Positions 12,807 through 26,221 of a stretch of DNA of 64,000 nucleotides are shown here, piece by piece. The translations under genes were made by a program, and so were the position numbers. The stretch lies in NCBI RefSeq assembly GCF_963506605.1, contig NC_083287.1:16058001-16122000 (forward strand). Direction: 5' to 3'. The notes below the pieces were generated by a model, which had not been told where the DNA came from, searched no databases, and was given only the letters and a program-made list of their open reading frames with translations. This DNA is from Zootoca vivipara. Taxonomy: Eukaryota. How positions within the stretch are numbered: position 1 is the first letter of the stretch; the number at the start of each line of letters is the position of its first letter.

Positions 12807-14830
12807 GTATATTGCATTGAATGCTGTAGGTTACCTTGTGGTTGGAAAACCTGAATTGCCGTTAATACGATTCGCGTTAAATAGTGGGTTTTCCTGGGGG
12901 GAAACAGTGGGGCAACCCCTCCCCAAAAGTGCTCAGACATGACACTGTGCAAAAGGTATGTGAGAATGAGCCCAGAGAATAGCTATGGAGTTGCAGTGCT
13001 GGCTCAAATTCCCATGAAACCACTCCCAAACGATTCCACAAGCGGATGCTAAAGAAAGTTGGCTGACTATCTTGCAATATTCGGTGCAAATGAGAAAGAA
13101 ACTAAATGGGAATGCAACACAGCTCTAGAGAAATACAACTACATGGATATTTAATTAGAAAGCTGATTAGGTTAGTTATGTTGGTGTGATCGGTCCAGCG
13201 TAAGGAAAAATCAGAAAGACTGAACCAAGGGGGAGGGGCAAACGATAGTCTCCATTATAAAGGGTTTCATTGATGAAAAAGGAAGGATCAATTATGCTAG
13301 TAGGATCTACTGCTGAGCTTTGTAATGCATTTGGAGCATTCGGGAGGCAGGGAGATAGCAAAAGGAGGACAGTTTGAATATATAAAGCTATGGAACAGCA
13401 CATAGTTGATGTAAAAACTGATTGGGCCCAGATGTTGCAAGATTTCAATCAATAAGCACATCTTTCCCATCATCAGACCTCCAGGTTTGCAGGATTATTG
13501 CAATATTAGAAACGCGAGAATGATCTATACTGTTTTGGCCACAGCGTTCAAAACAGGCTTCTAAAATGTTCCATAATTTCACTACAACACGGACCATTTG
13601 TTGTCTTGGTTTGGGGAAAATAGAGGCAGTTTGGGAGATACGTAGGAATTAATTGGGGACCAATTTAACAACTTGGGACCAGTTTAGCTGCGGCATCTCC
13701 CTAAACCACATGTGCCCACTCGACGACTTCAATCAGCAGAACTGGCACTACTACAAGTGCCACATAGTACCTGTTCCTGTACTTGTAAGAACTCAATTAT
13801 TTTGAACTCCCTGCCTATTAAGATCTAGCAAGTCCCTTCACTGTACTCTTTTCAGCACCTGCTAAAAACATTCTTGTTTAGGGAAGCCTATGCAGATTCT
13901 TAGGAAGCTGAGGTAATTTTTAATCTATTATAATATTATATAACCTTTGTACATTTAAAAATATGGCTGTATTTTTTTCCTCGGTTTTATTGTTTTATCT
14001 TTTTTTAAAAAAACTGCTTCAGAATTGTTTTTGTTGTTTTTTAACAATCAAGCGGTGTGTAAATTTTATGAAATAATTAATAATTAAATAATACACGGGA
14101 ACAAAAATTAGGGAGAATCCCATTCATGAAAGCATTTGCGTGTTTGGCTAAGCAAATATCAAGGAGAAGATTTAAATTCATTATACCTAAAATAAAAAAG
14201 ACAAATGAAAGGGGGGAAAGAAGGAAGAATTAATTAGAGTGGTGCTTGGGGACCTAAGGTAGCAATAAGGAACTGCACTGAGATTAAATTATAAAATGCA
14301 AAGTTTAAAATGGCTATAAAGAAGACGCTCTTGCTAATGAGATTTATTACACCAGGATATGAGTTCCCAGATGAAAAGAAGAACCCATTCCCTGGAGTTA
14401 TTGCAGAAATAACATACAAATACATATTGCGCTACACTCAAAGGAACAATGGAACACTGGCAGGGAAACTAGGCTAGCCAGAAATGCTAAGGCGCTTATA
14501 TCGACCAGCCTGACATTTGCTTAAATTCACTAAAACAGGCTCACCTTGTTACCTGCTGAATAGAGATAATGGTGAACAACAAAATGAACCAACAATCCCA
14601 CTGCAACAAACTCATCTCCCCTGTGCTTTCACAACTTCTGAGGATTCCATGCGCATTTTGGGCATGGGACTCACTGGTTGTGCGATTGAGTTCTGTGGTT
14701 CGATAATTACCAGAAAAGTTATCATCCTTGAGGGAGACGAAAAAGAAAAACAAAACAAAAGAGAGAGAGCAAGACAAATGAACAAATTGCGCTGAGGAAT
14801 AAAAACCCTCCCCCCCACGTAAGCCTAGAG

Positions 14831-14966
14831 CAGGCCTGGCCAAACTTGGCCCTCCAGCTGTTTTGCGACCACAATCCCCATCATCCCTGACCACTGGTCC
14901 TGTTAGCTAGGGATGATGGGAGTTGTAGTCCAAAAACAGCTGGAGACCCAAGTTTGAGGAACACTG
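14831..14966. mobile_element. 136-bp palindromic hAT MITE
   Basis: Homologous to 17596-17731 and 24019-24154; degenerate copies at about 17025-17142, 33365-33480, 37085-37152, 56520-56592 and 60762-60895. Confidence 0.8.
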
Positions 14967-16590
14967 GTTTATAGAGGGAAAACATTATTCTACCACTTGG
15001 GTTACATTCAAATGACTATTATTATTTTTCACACCACAGACCAAGAAAGGTCAGAATATATACTCCTAATAGGTGACAGCCACTCAGGTAAGGCAGAAGA
15101 CATAAGGGTTTGCTACAGCTGACCAGGAAAACAAGAAACTGGGAGGATGTGTTCTTGGAAGGAACAGGGGCAGAATAGTCAGTGCGTTGATCTGAGATGT
15201 ACTGCTTGAAAGCAGATCCTGTACCAGAAGCTTCCAGCACAGGGAATGATAACACATCAAAGAAATGCTTTCTGAACAAGTCTTCCTCATAATGCTTCTA
15301 GGTTCTGGCTTGTGGATAATTTCAAACAAGCCATGTCAGAGGCGAGGGACCTTTTCCCTGACAAGGACCGAGTTCTTCTGGAGGCAAGCTGTTCATGCCA
15401 CTGCTAGGCAGGGCCAGAGCTAATGGTGGGTGGAGTTGGCAGCTTTGCAAGGCTGCCTAGCACTCTCTCCCCCTGTCTCTCTTCCAACCCATCTTTCTGC
15501 CCACTGTGTGCCCTCTGCCACTCCGTGTCCTTCGGTCTGTGTACCATGTCACACACCCCCGGTGCACCACAGAGGACCTTCTCCATCCCAGGACATATCC
15601 CACCACCGGGAAGTGCCACTGGCCTCTGACGGCCATACCATAAGCTCTTTCCAACATCCAAATTGAATTTACAATTATTATTTTTTTACTATCTATGTAT
15701 TTTTGCTTCCTAACCTCTCAGCAGTTTTAAAATGCCACATGAAGCAGATAAACAGGGTGTGTGTGTGTGATAGTTCTTCCAAATATGAAGTTTCTCCAGT
15801 AGGAAAACAAAATTGTGGTAGAACAAGCAATTAAAAAAATGTGAAAGTTCAGTTTGTTTTAAGAGCAAAACTGCCTCCCATTAATATTTTTAATGCCCTC
15901 CGCTACTTTATCTTGCATCACGGCTAAACATTACAGTAGTTGTGAGATTCCTGCAGAGATCAGGAGAGGATAAAAAACACCATCCATAATGACTTGCAGG
16001 TCAGATACCTGTATGTGTGTGTGGGGGGGGAGACAGGTCAAGAGTCATAGCATTTATCAGGAAATGTGAAACTTTAAACTGGAAGCAATTTGTTCAATGG
16101 CTGTTTTGACCATACAGGCTTCCTAATCTCAGTTCCCATAAAGTTTGGCTGAGATCCAGCTGGAGTGGTTAGTTTCAGCTGTGTAGATATCGTTCACAGA
16201 GGAAATAAAAGGATTTTAAACCCTGAAATAATTTCCTTTGGTTCTCAGCTCATTCAAGAAACATATCCTCTTGGTCAGTGATATCTCAAAACTTAATTTC
16301 AGCAGCATGGGCTTTAAAAAGAAAGTCTTTGTGGGTTTCTTTAACAAAAAAATAGCATTTTTCTTTTTCTTTTTTGCTAAGTTCCCCCCCCCCCCAAGTA
16401 ACTGTAGAAAACAAATTATAGGGACGGAAAGCAGTCATAGCTACTTTTATTATGATGGATTATTACAGGAATCCCATTTGCTCTATTGTTGGGCAACAGA
16501 TATTAAAATAAGGCACACAGAGAATCAGTAATTAAACTAGTAATAAAGTTTTTTGCAACCAGAAAAGCAACATGCAACCCCCATTTGCAA

Positions 16591-16942
16591 GGGACACGGT
16601 GGCGCTGTGGGTTAAACCACTGAGCCTAGGGCTTGCCGATCAGAAGGTTGGCGGTTCGAATCCCCGCGATGGGGTGAGCTCCCATTGTTCGGTCCCAGCT
16701 CCTGCCAACCTAGCAGTTTGAAAGCACGTCCAAGTGCAAGTAGATAAATAGGTCCCGCTACAGCGGGAAGGTAAAGACGTTTCCGTGTGCTGCTCTGGTT
16801 CGCCAGAAGCGGCTTTGTCATGCTGGCCACGTGACCTGGAAGCTGTACGCCGGCTCCCTCAGCCAATAATGCGAGATGAGCGCCGCAACCCCAGAGTCGG
16901 TCACGACTGGACCTAATGGTCAGGGGTCCATTAACCTTTACC
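16591..16942 (+). mobile_element. Sauria SINE, full length
   Basis: tRNA-derived head with A box (tggcgctgtgg) and B box (ggttcgaatcc), body shared with the other copies, acctttacc tail. Confidence 0.9.
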
Positions 16943-17377
16943 TGCTGTCACAAATATTGTGTGTGTACCATTACACGTACACAATAGTTACGTATGTAAA
17001 ATGGCCAATTACAAGTGTTTATCTATGGGAGGAATGGGGAACCTGTGGGCTTCAGCTCCCATCATCCCTGATCACTGGTGACACTGTTTGAGGATGATGA
17101 GAATTGGAGTCCAAACTGGAGGGCAACACGTTCCCTACCCTGATGGAAACACAAACACAGTAGCATGGGCCTGTGTCCAGCTTTGCATAGAACAATATAT
17201 GATGGAGATTTCCTCTATTTGAAGATCTGTCCTGTCCAAGTTTTGTTTAAAGATAAAAACAAAAACAAAACTATAAAGGAGAGCAGAAGCCTTGACAACA
17301 GTTAGCATCTAGACTGCAGTCTCCACAAGTCTCCACTACGGTGAGATGTACCGGTATCTATATTTAAAATACAGACG

Positions 17378-17585
17378 TTTTGTTTAGTCATTTAGTCGTG
17401 TCTGTCTCTTCGTGACCCCATGGACCAGAGCACGCCAGGCACTCCTGTCTTCCACTGCCTCCCGCAGTTTGGTCAGACTCATGTTGGTAGCTTCAAGAAC
17501 ACTGTCCAACCATCTCGTCCCCTTCTCCTTGTGCCCTCAATCTTTCCCAACATCAGGGTCTTTTCCAGGGAGTCTTCTCTTCTCT
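17378..17585 (-). mobile_element. Bov-B (RTE) LINE 3' end
   Basis: Reverse complement of the 3' part of 42496-42866. Confidence 0.85.
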
Positions 17586-17595
17586 TCTAATATAC

Positions 17596-17731
17596 CAGGT
17601 GTCCCCAAACTTCGGCCCTCCAGATGTTTTGGACTACAATTCCCATCACCCCTGACCACTGGTCCTGTTAGCTAGGGATCATGGGAGTTGTAGGCCAAAA
17701 CATCTGGAGGGCCGCAGTTTGGGGATGTCTG
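17596..17731. mobile_element. 136-bp palindromic hAT MITE
   Basis: TIR caggtgtccccaaac...gtttggggatgtctg; 8-bp TSD taatatac. Confidence 0.9.
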
Positions 17732-18355
17732 TAATATACGTTATATATACATAAATAAAGTAGCATGTGCAATTTTTATGTGACTCTTTGCTCTTGTTAG
17801 TGATGTATTTCTAGTTAATATATAGTCATTATTTATACATAAATTAGCACATGAATTTTTCATGCAATTTGTTCTCTTTTAGTAATGCATTTCCAGGTTG
17901 GTGTTTTTGTGCAGAAGGGGCGCGGGAAGTGGGCATGTTAAACACTGGGTCACTCATTTCTCATTTAAGGATGCAACTTGCACTATTAGAAAGGCCAAAT
18001 CTCTAGGCAGCCACAATTCTCCTTCCCCTTAGTGTGCAGCAAAAAATCTTGATGGCGATAGCTAGCACAGGGAAGGATCTGCAGAGGAAGAGCCTGGGAA
18101 GCCTGATGGCTGTGTGTCTATTGAATTTCAGAGAGTGTGAATAATGTTGCACCGTCCTCTGAAATGCAGCCACGCCTCTGGACGTCCTGCTACCCATCTT
18201 CATTTGCTGTATGAGAAACTCCGCTGCAGACTTGTGATTTAGAGCACTGGCTGGGAGCAGCATCAAACCGTGTTAATAAAACCATTACCAACACTCATAT
18301 AGAGCTTGATTCAGTACTCCAAGCTTCAACAAACAACACATCATAAGCATGGCAA

Positions 18356-18428
18356 AGAAGGAAGAGGAGGAGGAGGAGGAGGAGGAGGAGGAGGAGGAGG
18401 AGGAGGAGGAGGAGGAGGAGGAGGAGGA
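18356..18428. repeat. (GAG)n microsatellite
   Basis: Directly visible. Confidence 0.95.
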
Positions 18429-19035
18429 ATGGTACCACTACTGGGCAAGGAAAGTACTAGTCAGACCTAATCAAATACTCAGCAAGAATAAAACCACCAA
18501 CACTAGTATGTTTTTAGACTGCTAATATATTCTGAAATCTTAATTTCTCTAGCTGAAGCCATTATAAGAAAACCACAAATTTTATTATACAGATCCAGTA
18601 AAATCAAATTCAAATGCGGAAAACATACAATTTCTAACATACATGGATGGTATTTATATAAACTCATTAAGAACAGAAACAAGCTAGGTTGCACCCCAAA
18701 AACAGACATCCAGTATGACCAAAGGAAAGCTATTCAACCTAGTCCTATAAAAGAGCAGCTGATATTTGGATAGTTAGGTTATCCAGATAATTGGCATGAC
18801 TACCAGCACTGGCGGGGAAAATAGGGACATTTCAGGATCAAATCAGAATTTTGGAATTCCGGGACAATCCTTTTAAAATCGGGACACTTTGAGGGTATGC
18901 TGGAAATCTAAAGTATGGTCTTATGGTTCAGTTTGCTTGGAAGTCCAACTAATTCAAATAGATTTAACTGTTTTAATGTGTGCCCCGGCTACAATCCTAT
19001 GCACACTTACAGAGGTAAACAGTACCCCCCTTGAA

Positions 19036-19403
19036 CAGTGGCGGAGCAAGCCGATTGGGTGCCTGGGGCGGCACACATGCCCTGTGCCCAGGGGTGGGGC
19101 CAGCCACCCATGGGAGCAGCGCCAGCCAAGGCAGGACGCTCCACGGGGCCTCCAACGAGTCTGCCTGCCTCCTCCCACTCAGCCGCCCTACAGCTGAAGG
19201 GGAGGCGGCAGGTGGACCGTTTGGGGCAGCGCGGAGTCTGCAGGTACCCAAGCCACTGTGTCACTCTCAGGAGAGACACATGGATCGGGCGCACTGCATG
19301 CCCCGTGGTGAGTGCCCCTGGCATTTTGTGGACCCCCCCCCCCAGTGGTGATACCTAGGGCAGACAGCCCACACCGCGCCCCTCTTCCTCTGCCTCCGCC
19401 CTG
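19036..19403. mobile_element. GC-rich non-autonomous DNA transposon (hAT-like ends)
   Basis: Imperfect TIR cagtggcggagc...cctccgccctg; sharp GC-rich block; no clear TSD. Confidence 0.5.
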
Positions 19404-20333
19404 GAACCCAGTGGAACCTCTGAGCAAACATACTGCATGTTATAACACAAGGTGGGGAATTATAATCTCTCTCTTTTGCCAAGAAAGTTTGTTTGTTTTC
19501 CAGAGTTACAACCAGTCCCTTGAGGATGAATTGGATTGGGACTACACCACTGAGGGGGGCAAAGATCCACCCATCACCCCCATATACACTTTCTGCACGT
19601 GTAAGGGAGTCCTAGCCTAAGCTGCACCGGACCAAGGCCGTTTAGGGCTTTAAAGGTCAGCACCAACACTTGGAAATGTGCTCAGAGGTGTGTGGAGGAA
19701 TGTGGCAGCCAGGTAAATTTCTGTTTGACTCCCATATTTTGTCTCCTTAAACTTTTATCCGTTATGACAAAGTAATCAACCAGAGACACATAAGCAACGC
19801 ATAAAACACTAGGCTTACAAAGCAGCAAACTTTTTTTGCGGTTGGAATGGAACAGCTCTAGAATCAAAGCATGCAACTCATTTTAGGGTGTATGTAAATT
19901 CAAACCAAATGTTACATGGAATGTCTCTCCTCTTTGCATTCCATTCACTTCTCTTCCATTACAGGAACGCCAAACTGAAGAACAGAATGTTAGCAGGACA
20001 GGGGGAAATATACTATCTTAGCAGGAACAGATACGACATTCCTGTTTTTACTTAGTCCTGTGGTCACATGTGCTTACAGCCGCTTCTTTCTTATACGCAG
20101 CTGGAAGCCTGAGTTCTCAAGCCCTAATTAGAAAATATCATGTTGGTATGAGGTTTACTACCAGAAAAATGACTGATGACAGTCCCCCCTATATGCACGC
20201 TTGCCAATATTTCAAAATCCATAGAAGAACTTTCTCCCCTGCTCGCATGCTGCAATCCCATAACTAAGAAATCATCGGCTAATTGCCTCCTTTACTGCAC
20301 ACAGGCCTTAAGAGCACAGTATGGCTTTAAGTA

Positions 20334-20576
20334 CAGTGGTACCTCTACTTACGAATAACTCTACGTACGAATGTTTCTACTTACGAATGGAGCTCCGTCC
20401 GCCATCTTGGATGCGGTTTAGATAGGGGTTTTTCTACTTACGAATTTTTAGATAGGATTTTTTCTACTTACGAATTTTTTCTCCCAATGCATTCCTATGG
20501 GATTCGACTTAGAATTTTTTTCTACTTACAAATGTGCGTTTGGAACACATTAAATTCATAAGTAGAGGTACCACTA
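20334..20576. mobile_element. Tc1/mariner (Tigger-like) MITE
   Basis: TIR cagtggtacctctactta...taagtagaggtaccacta; TA TSD; internal tctacttacgaa repeats. Confidence 0.85.
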
Positions 20577-22700
20577 TATATATATTTTTCTTACTGTCTC
20601 CCATTGTCCCCCTCCATCTTGTGACGTCTTCTCTCTGAACCATTAAAAATCTGATCTAGATTTTATTTTTATAAGGGGTGGGAAGTCAGATATTTCCATC
20701 ATTTCCTAAATTCATATCACATTCAGAAGTGTAAAGTAAAAAGCCACAATTCTGAACAGCAGAATTGTGTCTTTTGCAGCTGATGAGCTGAGGGCACTGC
20801 ATTGCAATGCAATGGTAAAAGACTCTATTTAGTTTTTGATCAAACATCCCAATCCTATGCACAATGATTCATGAGCCCCACTGAGTGCAATGCGACTTAC
20901 TACCAGATAAGGGAGCACAGAATTACAGTTTAACAATTACATCCTTGAAATGGCCCACTTGCAAAGCTTTTTTTTTTCTTTTTAACTGACATTTGTTTGT
21001 CCGTTTCTCCAAAGATGGAACTCAAGGGGGCTTGCAACATTTCAAAACACCGTTGTAAAATACAAAGTAAGAAAAACAAACATTTTGGAACCAGCATTAA
21101 AATACAGTTTGCCTGGACGTCAGCCCAGCGGTCAGCATCATCTGCGCCTTAGTTTTCAAAGGCCTGTCTAAATAGGAAGCTCTTAGGCTGCTGGCATAAT
21201 TCCACAATATGGGAAAGCCGCTCACCTTTCAAGGAGGGTGGGGTTGCGGTCAGGCCACTCGTTCTCCTGTGCTTAGCAGGGGCGGGGAGAGTCCCTGCGT
21301 CATTGGAGGGTCCCTGCCTGCATCACGCCCTGGGATCTCTTCCTGCTGCTCCTTGCTTCATTGGATCTCCCGCCCTCCCACACTATTTTTCTTGCGTTTG
21401 ACACTTTGACCTTGCTATGGACCTCGGTTGGTCGCCTGCTGAAGGGGCCTGGCATGAATTTTTCCACCTGGCAGATTGGTACCAGCCATTTGGTTTTTGC
21501 CTACCTCGTAGCAAACCGTCACCACTTTGTAAGGTTAGGCATTCAAAAAGCTTGGTTGTGCTTTCAGTGCTCTTGAAACTGGAAAAACAATCCAACACCG
21601 ACACAATATGCCATTCTTCAAGCACCCTTAGATGAAACCTTGCCCTACTGAGGTCAATAGTGAAATTCACAATTATTTCAGCTGATGGTAGCATTCCATC
21701 ACTGGTGCTTTGCTCATTATTTGATTGTTTACTTGCTATCTTCTTCCCGAGGATGAAGACAGATGGACACTGTCTTTCAAACAATAACTCAAGATATTGC
21801 TGAGTTATGGTTTGGAGTGCATTTTCTTTTTAAATTGCCATTAGGGGCAAAACTATTGGCAGAGCTCCTATATTCTGTTGGGGAATGGGTCCTTTTCTTT
21901 AGCGTTTCAAGTAGGTCTCACTGTTGCAGCAGAATGATGTTTTCAGATAAGGCTGATAACTACAAAGCTACAGTTGGAGGGAAGGATAAAAATGAAGGTT
22001 TGCCTTGGGAGGCAATGTTCTTTCTCTAGCTGTTTCCCCATTCAAAATTCAGAACAGATTTAACACATTCTAGATTCTCTTTCATTTTAGTCTGCTGGTT
22101 CACTTCACAATGCAGTATTTGGATGACTTGTTTCCACCCACTGGTCCCCTAACCACAAATGGGACCCCCGAGACACAGCTGTTCTGCCTCACTTCTGTTA
22201 TCCTCTTACACACCTTCTGGCAGATATGAATGGCATCTAAAAGGGACCGTGTCATCTTCAAACACAAACTAAGATTATGCCGGCGTGGCCAGGATCTATT
22301 AATGCTTTGTTTTAGTTAATTACCCACTGAGGGGGAAAAACATTTCCCTTTATCATTAAGACAAAAATAGCTCCACAATCATAACTGAAAGTCAACAGTG
22401 GGAAGCAAAAAGATTACTACTTCTCTGCCTGTTTGCATAGCTAAGAGTGTAGACTGAAATTCATTGATGAGCATTCTGGAGAGTCTATTGTGAGTAACAC
22501 AAGCTGTTATAGTGGATTGTTGCAAGGGCTTTCAAACTTTATTGATCTGGGGCTGAAAATGCAAAAGCTATCAAGCACCCACTATGACAACAAAGCATGA
22601 ATTGCTTCCAGGTCACAAATTGTGGGGGTCTGTTATATTTTGAGCATATTCAAATTCTGGTGGACATCTAAGCTTAGCATGCAACAGAGTGAGGGGGAAA

Positions 22701-23168
22701 AAGGTAAAGGTAAAGGACCCCTGACAGTTAAGTTCAGTTGCGAACATAGCTGCCAAGTTATCCCTTTTTTAAAGGAAAATTCCCTTATGCTGAATAGGCT
22801 TCCTCGTGAGAAAAGGGAAAACTTGGCAGCTATGGTTGCGAATGACTCTGGGGTTGTGGCACTCATCTCACTTTACTGGCCAAGGGAGCCAACGTTTCTC
22901 TGCAGACAGTTTTTCCATGTCATATGGCCAGCATGACTAAGCCGCTTCTGGCAAAACTAGAGCAGTGCATGGAAATGCCGTTTACCTCTCCACTGGAGCG
23001 GTACCTATTTATCTACTTGCACTTTGACGTGCTTTTGAAGTGCTAGGTTAGCAGGAGCTGGGACAGAGCAATGGGAGCTCACCCCGTCGTGGGGATTAGA
23101 ACCGCCAACCTTCTGATCGGCGAGCCCAAGAGGCTCAGTGGTTTAGATCGCTGCGCCACCCATATCCC
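22701..23168 (-). mobile_element. Sauria SINE (donor of the templated copy at 61201-61572), interrupted by a MITE
   Basis: Reverse-complement homology to the other copies; ggtaaaggtaaagg tail. Confidence 0.9.
22745..22834. mobile_element. 90-bp hAT MITE nested in a Sauria SINE
   Basis: TIR catagctgccaagtt...aacttggcagctatg; 8-bp TSD gttgcgaa. Confidence 0.9.
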
Positions 23169-24018
23169 TTGCTCTTGTGTTAAGTACCTGCAATTCCCTA
23201 TGAGCAACCAGTTTAACACAGCAAATACTAGTTTGTCTAGAAAAGGTGTTGTTGTTTTTAAAAGGGCTGTCAATTAAACCTGATTAACATCTGAATTTGT
23301 TTTCCCCAACAGTGTATAAAATATTGTCAGCTTCCAATATGTGGGGGAGTGACTGTCAGACGAGGAGCACTCTATAACGTATCTCATGCACTAGACTAGA
23401 CCATTTTGAGGTTTTTATAGGTCTGAAAAGGCTGCTAAACCCAGAAGTGCATTTATTAAGAAGAAGAACATAGTACAGGAAATAGGCTCCAAAAAGTTAT
23501 GTTTCAGGGAGGGAGAAAAAAGTGAAGAGCCTGGGGAGCTAATTAGGATGAAGCTGCCTTTCCCCAAGATTTGACCTTAAACCCTGGGAGAAAACTATAC
23601 ACGACTTAAGACAGAATACAATTTAAATGAAATCAAGGATCTCATTTGCCACCAGTTATTCTTGCACCATATGTGAAGCAACATTTGACCATTATTTTAA
23701 AAGGGGGCAGAGTCCTCAATAATATATATATATATAACCCTGCCAATTTTCAGAAATGCTCCTGTAACTGTAAGGGTGGTCTTGGTGACATGTACAAGTG
23801 TACACAATGTGAAGACACCGAATTAATTAACCCAACAAAGGGATTCAAGTGTCCCATTTGCCAAGTCCCCAACTTGGTGCCAAGAACCAGTGTAGAACAC
23901 CTTCAGGCAACCATGGCAGATGTCAAAAGTACAAGCACAAAGGAAAACAATCTACCTGCTTATTACCGCTTCTGAATTTGCCTTTCTAACTCTCCTTAAA
24001 AAAAGAGTGTATCTAAAG

Positions 24019-24154
24019 CAGGCACCCCCAAACTTCGGCCCTCCAGATGTTTTGGACTACAATTCCCATCATCCCTGACCACTGGTCCTCTTAGCTAGGG
24101 ATCATGGGAGTTGTAGGCCAAAACATCTGGAGGGCCGCAGTTTGGGGATGCCTG
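24019..24154. mobile_element. 136-bp palindromic hAT MITE
   Basis: TIR caggcacccccaaac...gtttggggatgcctg; 8-bp TSD atctaaag. Confidence 0.9.
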
Positions 24155-25100
24155 ATCTAAAGAATCCAACCATCTGATAAAGCTGCAACAGTGTTGGAGA
24201 TAAGCTGACCAGACTTTGCCTTTAAAGACTCATTCGGTGGCCCAAGTTCCAAAGGCTGATGAAGTTAATGGGACCCAGCTGCCCTGCTCCAAAGCTCTCC
24301 CCGGCACAGTCAATTTGCACAATTGGGGGCACATGGTTCTGACAGCAACATGCATACAATTTGACCCTGCTGGGAGTACGAGACTCCCGACAGCTTTGCT
24401 CACAAGGGTCATGGGAACATGCAAGCCTACTCACCATGACAAGGTGATGATCCAGCGAGTGATCTCTAAAGGCAAAACTTTAAAAAAGTTTTCTTGTCCT
24501 ATAATGGGTTAGCCCTAAATCAAGATGCAGAATACAATTGCAGAAATGAACACAAAGTTCTGAAATTGGTGGTGCTGCGGACATGATCCGATATACTGTG
24601 CTATTTTATACCTAGAAGCATCTTCTCGTGCTGTAAGCACATAATCTGTTTTATCAAAAGACCTTCAAGAGAACTGTAAGGTCACCTGCCAATCCAAACA
24701 GTTTTCTGCTAAATCTGATATTTTACCTTGCCAAGCCCTCTTCAAATCAGGAAAAGTGCCTTTAAGTACCTATTGCCCTGGGAAGCAAGTCAATACTATT
24801 ACCTCAGGATTACATTTAAAATGTTATAATTGTTTAAGGCACAGCAGGGAAAAATAAACTTACTGGAATTTATCTGCAGTGATAGTTGAAACAAAAACTG
24901 AAGGAGATAAGTGTCAGAGACTACTGGGAAATTCTAGCACATATTAAATGCCTACCATTCTACAGACATAGGTCCTATAGTAAAGCTAGGCTACCAAACA
25001 GTACGTATAGACTAGAGTATTCTAATTGTCACCAGCTGGTTAATGTAATCTCCTACTAACTTCCAAGACTTGCTTCCTTAGCAAATTTGGAAGAAGTAAG

Positions 25101-25102
<2 letters not shown>

Positions 25103-25180
<78 letters not shown>
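25103..25180. repeat. (TC)n(AC)n compound microsatellite
   Basis: Directly visible. Confidence 0.95.
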
Positions 25181-25183
<3 letters not shown>

Positions 25184-26221
25184 GCTCCAGAATCTGGATT
25201 ATTGTGAATTCTTGGGTGCCAATCCTGAAAATGGTGGCAGCACCATGGGGAGAAAGCCTACCTGTGTTAAATTTCTAAATGAGTCATCTATTTCCACAGT
25301 TTAAGTATCATATATACATATCTGTTTTTAAGGGAGTTCCAAGGTTTTTCTTTAATGTCACCAGTAACGATACTAAAAAAAACAAAGGTAATAGGCAAAA
25401 GAAAATAATTAGGAGGACAGGATTACCATCATACCCACCAGACATTTTGGCAGCTAAACGGTACAACTTTTTTTTTTAAGCTTCAAAATCAAAAGTTTTG
25501 CAAATTATTTACTTTCTATGAGGTCCTTTCCACTCCAAAGGAAGCTCTGATCCCCTGCCCAATGTGGTGAGCTTAGAGTCATTAAATAGGTATGAACCCA
25601 TTTGGTTCAAATTTTCCCACTGACAAAAAATGTCAGATGGGAGAAACATAAATAAAGTAGCACGTTTATTTCAAAAAAATTTTTTTGCTATACCCAATAA
25701 ATAAAATTTATTAGTGAAAGAGGTATTGACACAACTTAGCCACACTCTCCGCCACTTTTTATTATTTCACATGGACCTGTTCCATGTTGCTATACTCATC
25801 CAAGTCCCTCAACATTAAGAACAGGAAAACACTAAGGCAGTTCTTCTAATGTTGCCATATAATCATCACCCACCTTGCAAGGGTAAGCCCCCAATTTAAG
25901 ACTGGTGACATTATTGAAATTCCATGACACACAGTCTATGCAAAAATCCCAGGTTACCTGGGTATATTTCAGCATGAGTCTCATAATTAGTGGCAGTTAA
26001 AGACCATCAAACCCTGGTGCATTTTCAGTCACTTTTCAGTCCAAGTGACCACAGAGTTTGCTCTGGAGCTGGGAAGAAGAGGCTCTACCATTTAAAAATG
26101 GGCTGGTGTTCCTGCTGATCTCCTCCACTGGTCTGGCCCCAGTGGGCTCAAAGATGAGTGAAATATTACTGTCACTTTTGCCACATTCTTCTGAGGAGGC
26201 CACACGGACTTGTGCAGAACT

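Noticed and set aside
14541-14894. Possible extra minus-strand exon near ctcacc/ttacc donor-like sites
   Set aside because: The translation does not resemble RBMS3 or any protein I recognise, and the ORF begins inside a MITE.
18356-18428. Poly-Glu coding tract
   Set aside because: No ORF or splice context; it is a microsatellite.
20780-20830. CTGATGAG hammerhead-like start (also at 33431)
   Set aside because: No stem II closed by GAAA follows; the 33431 instance is part of a decayed MITE.
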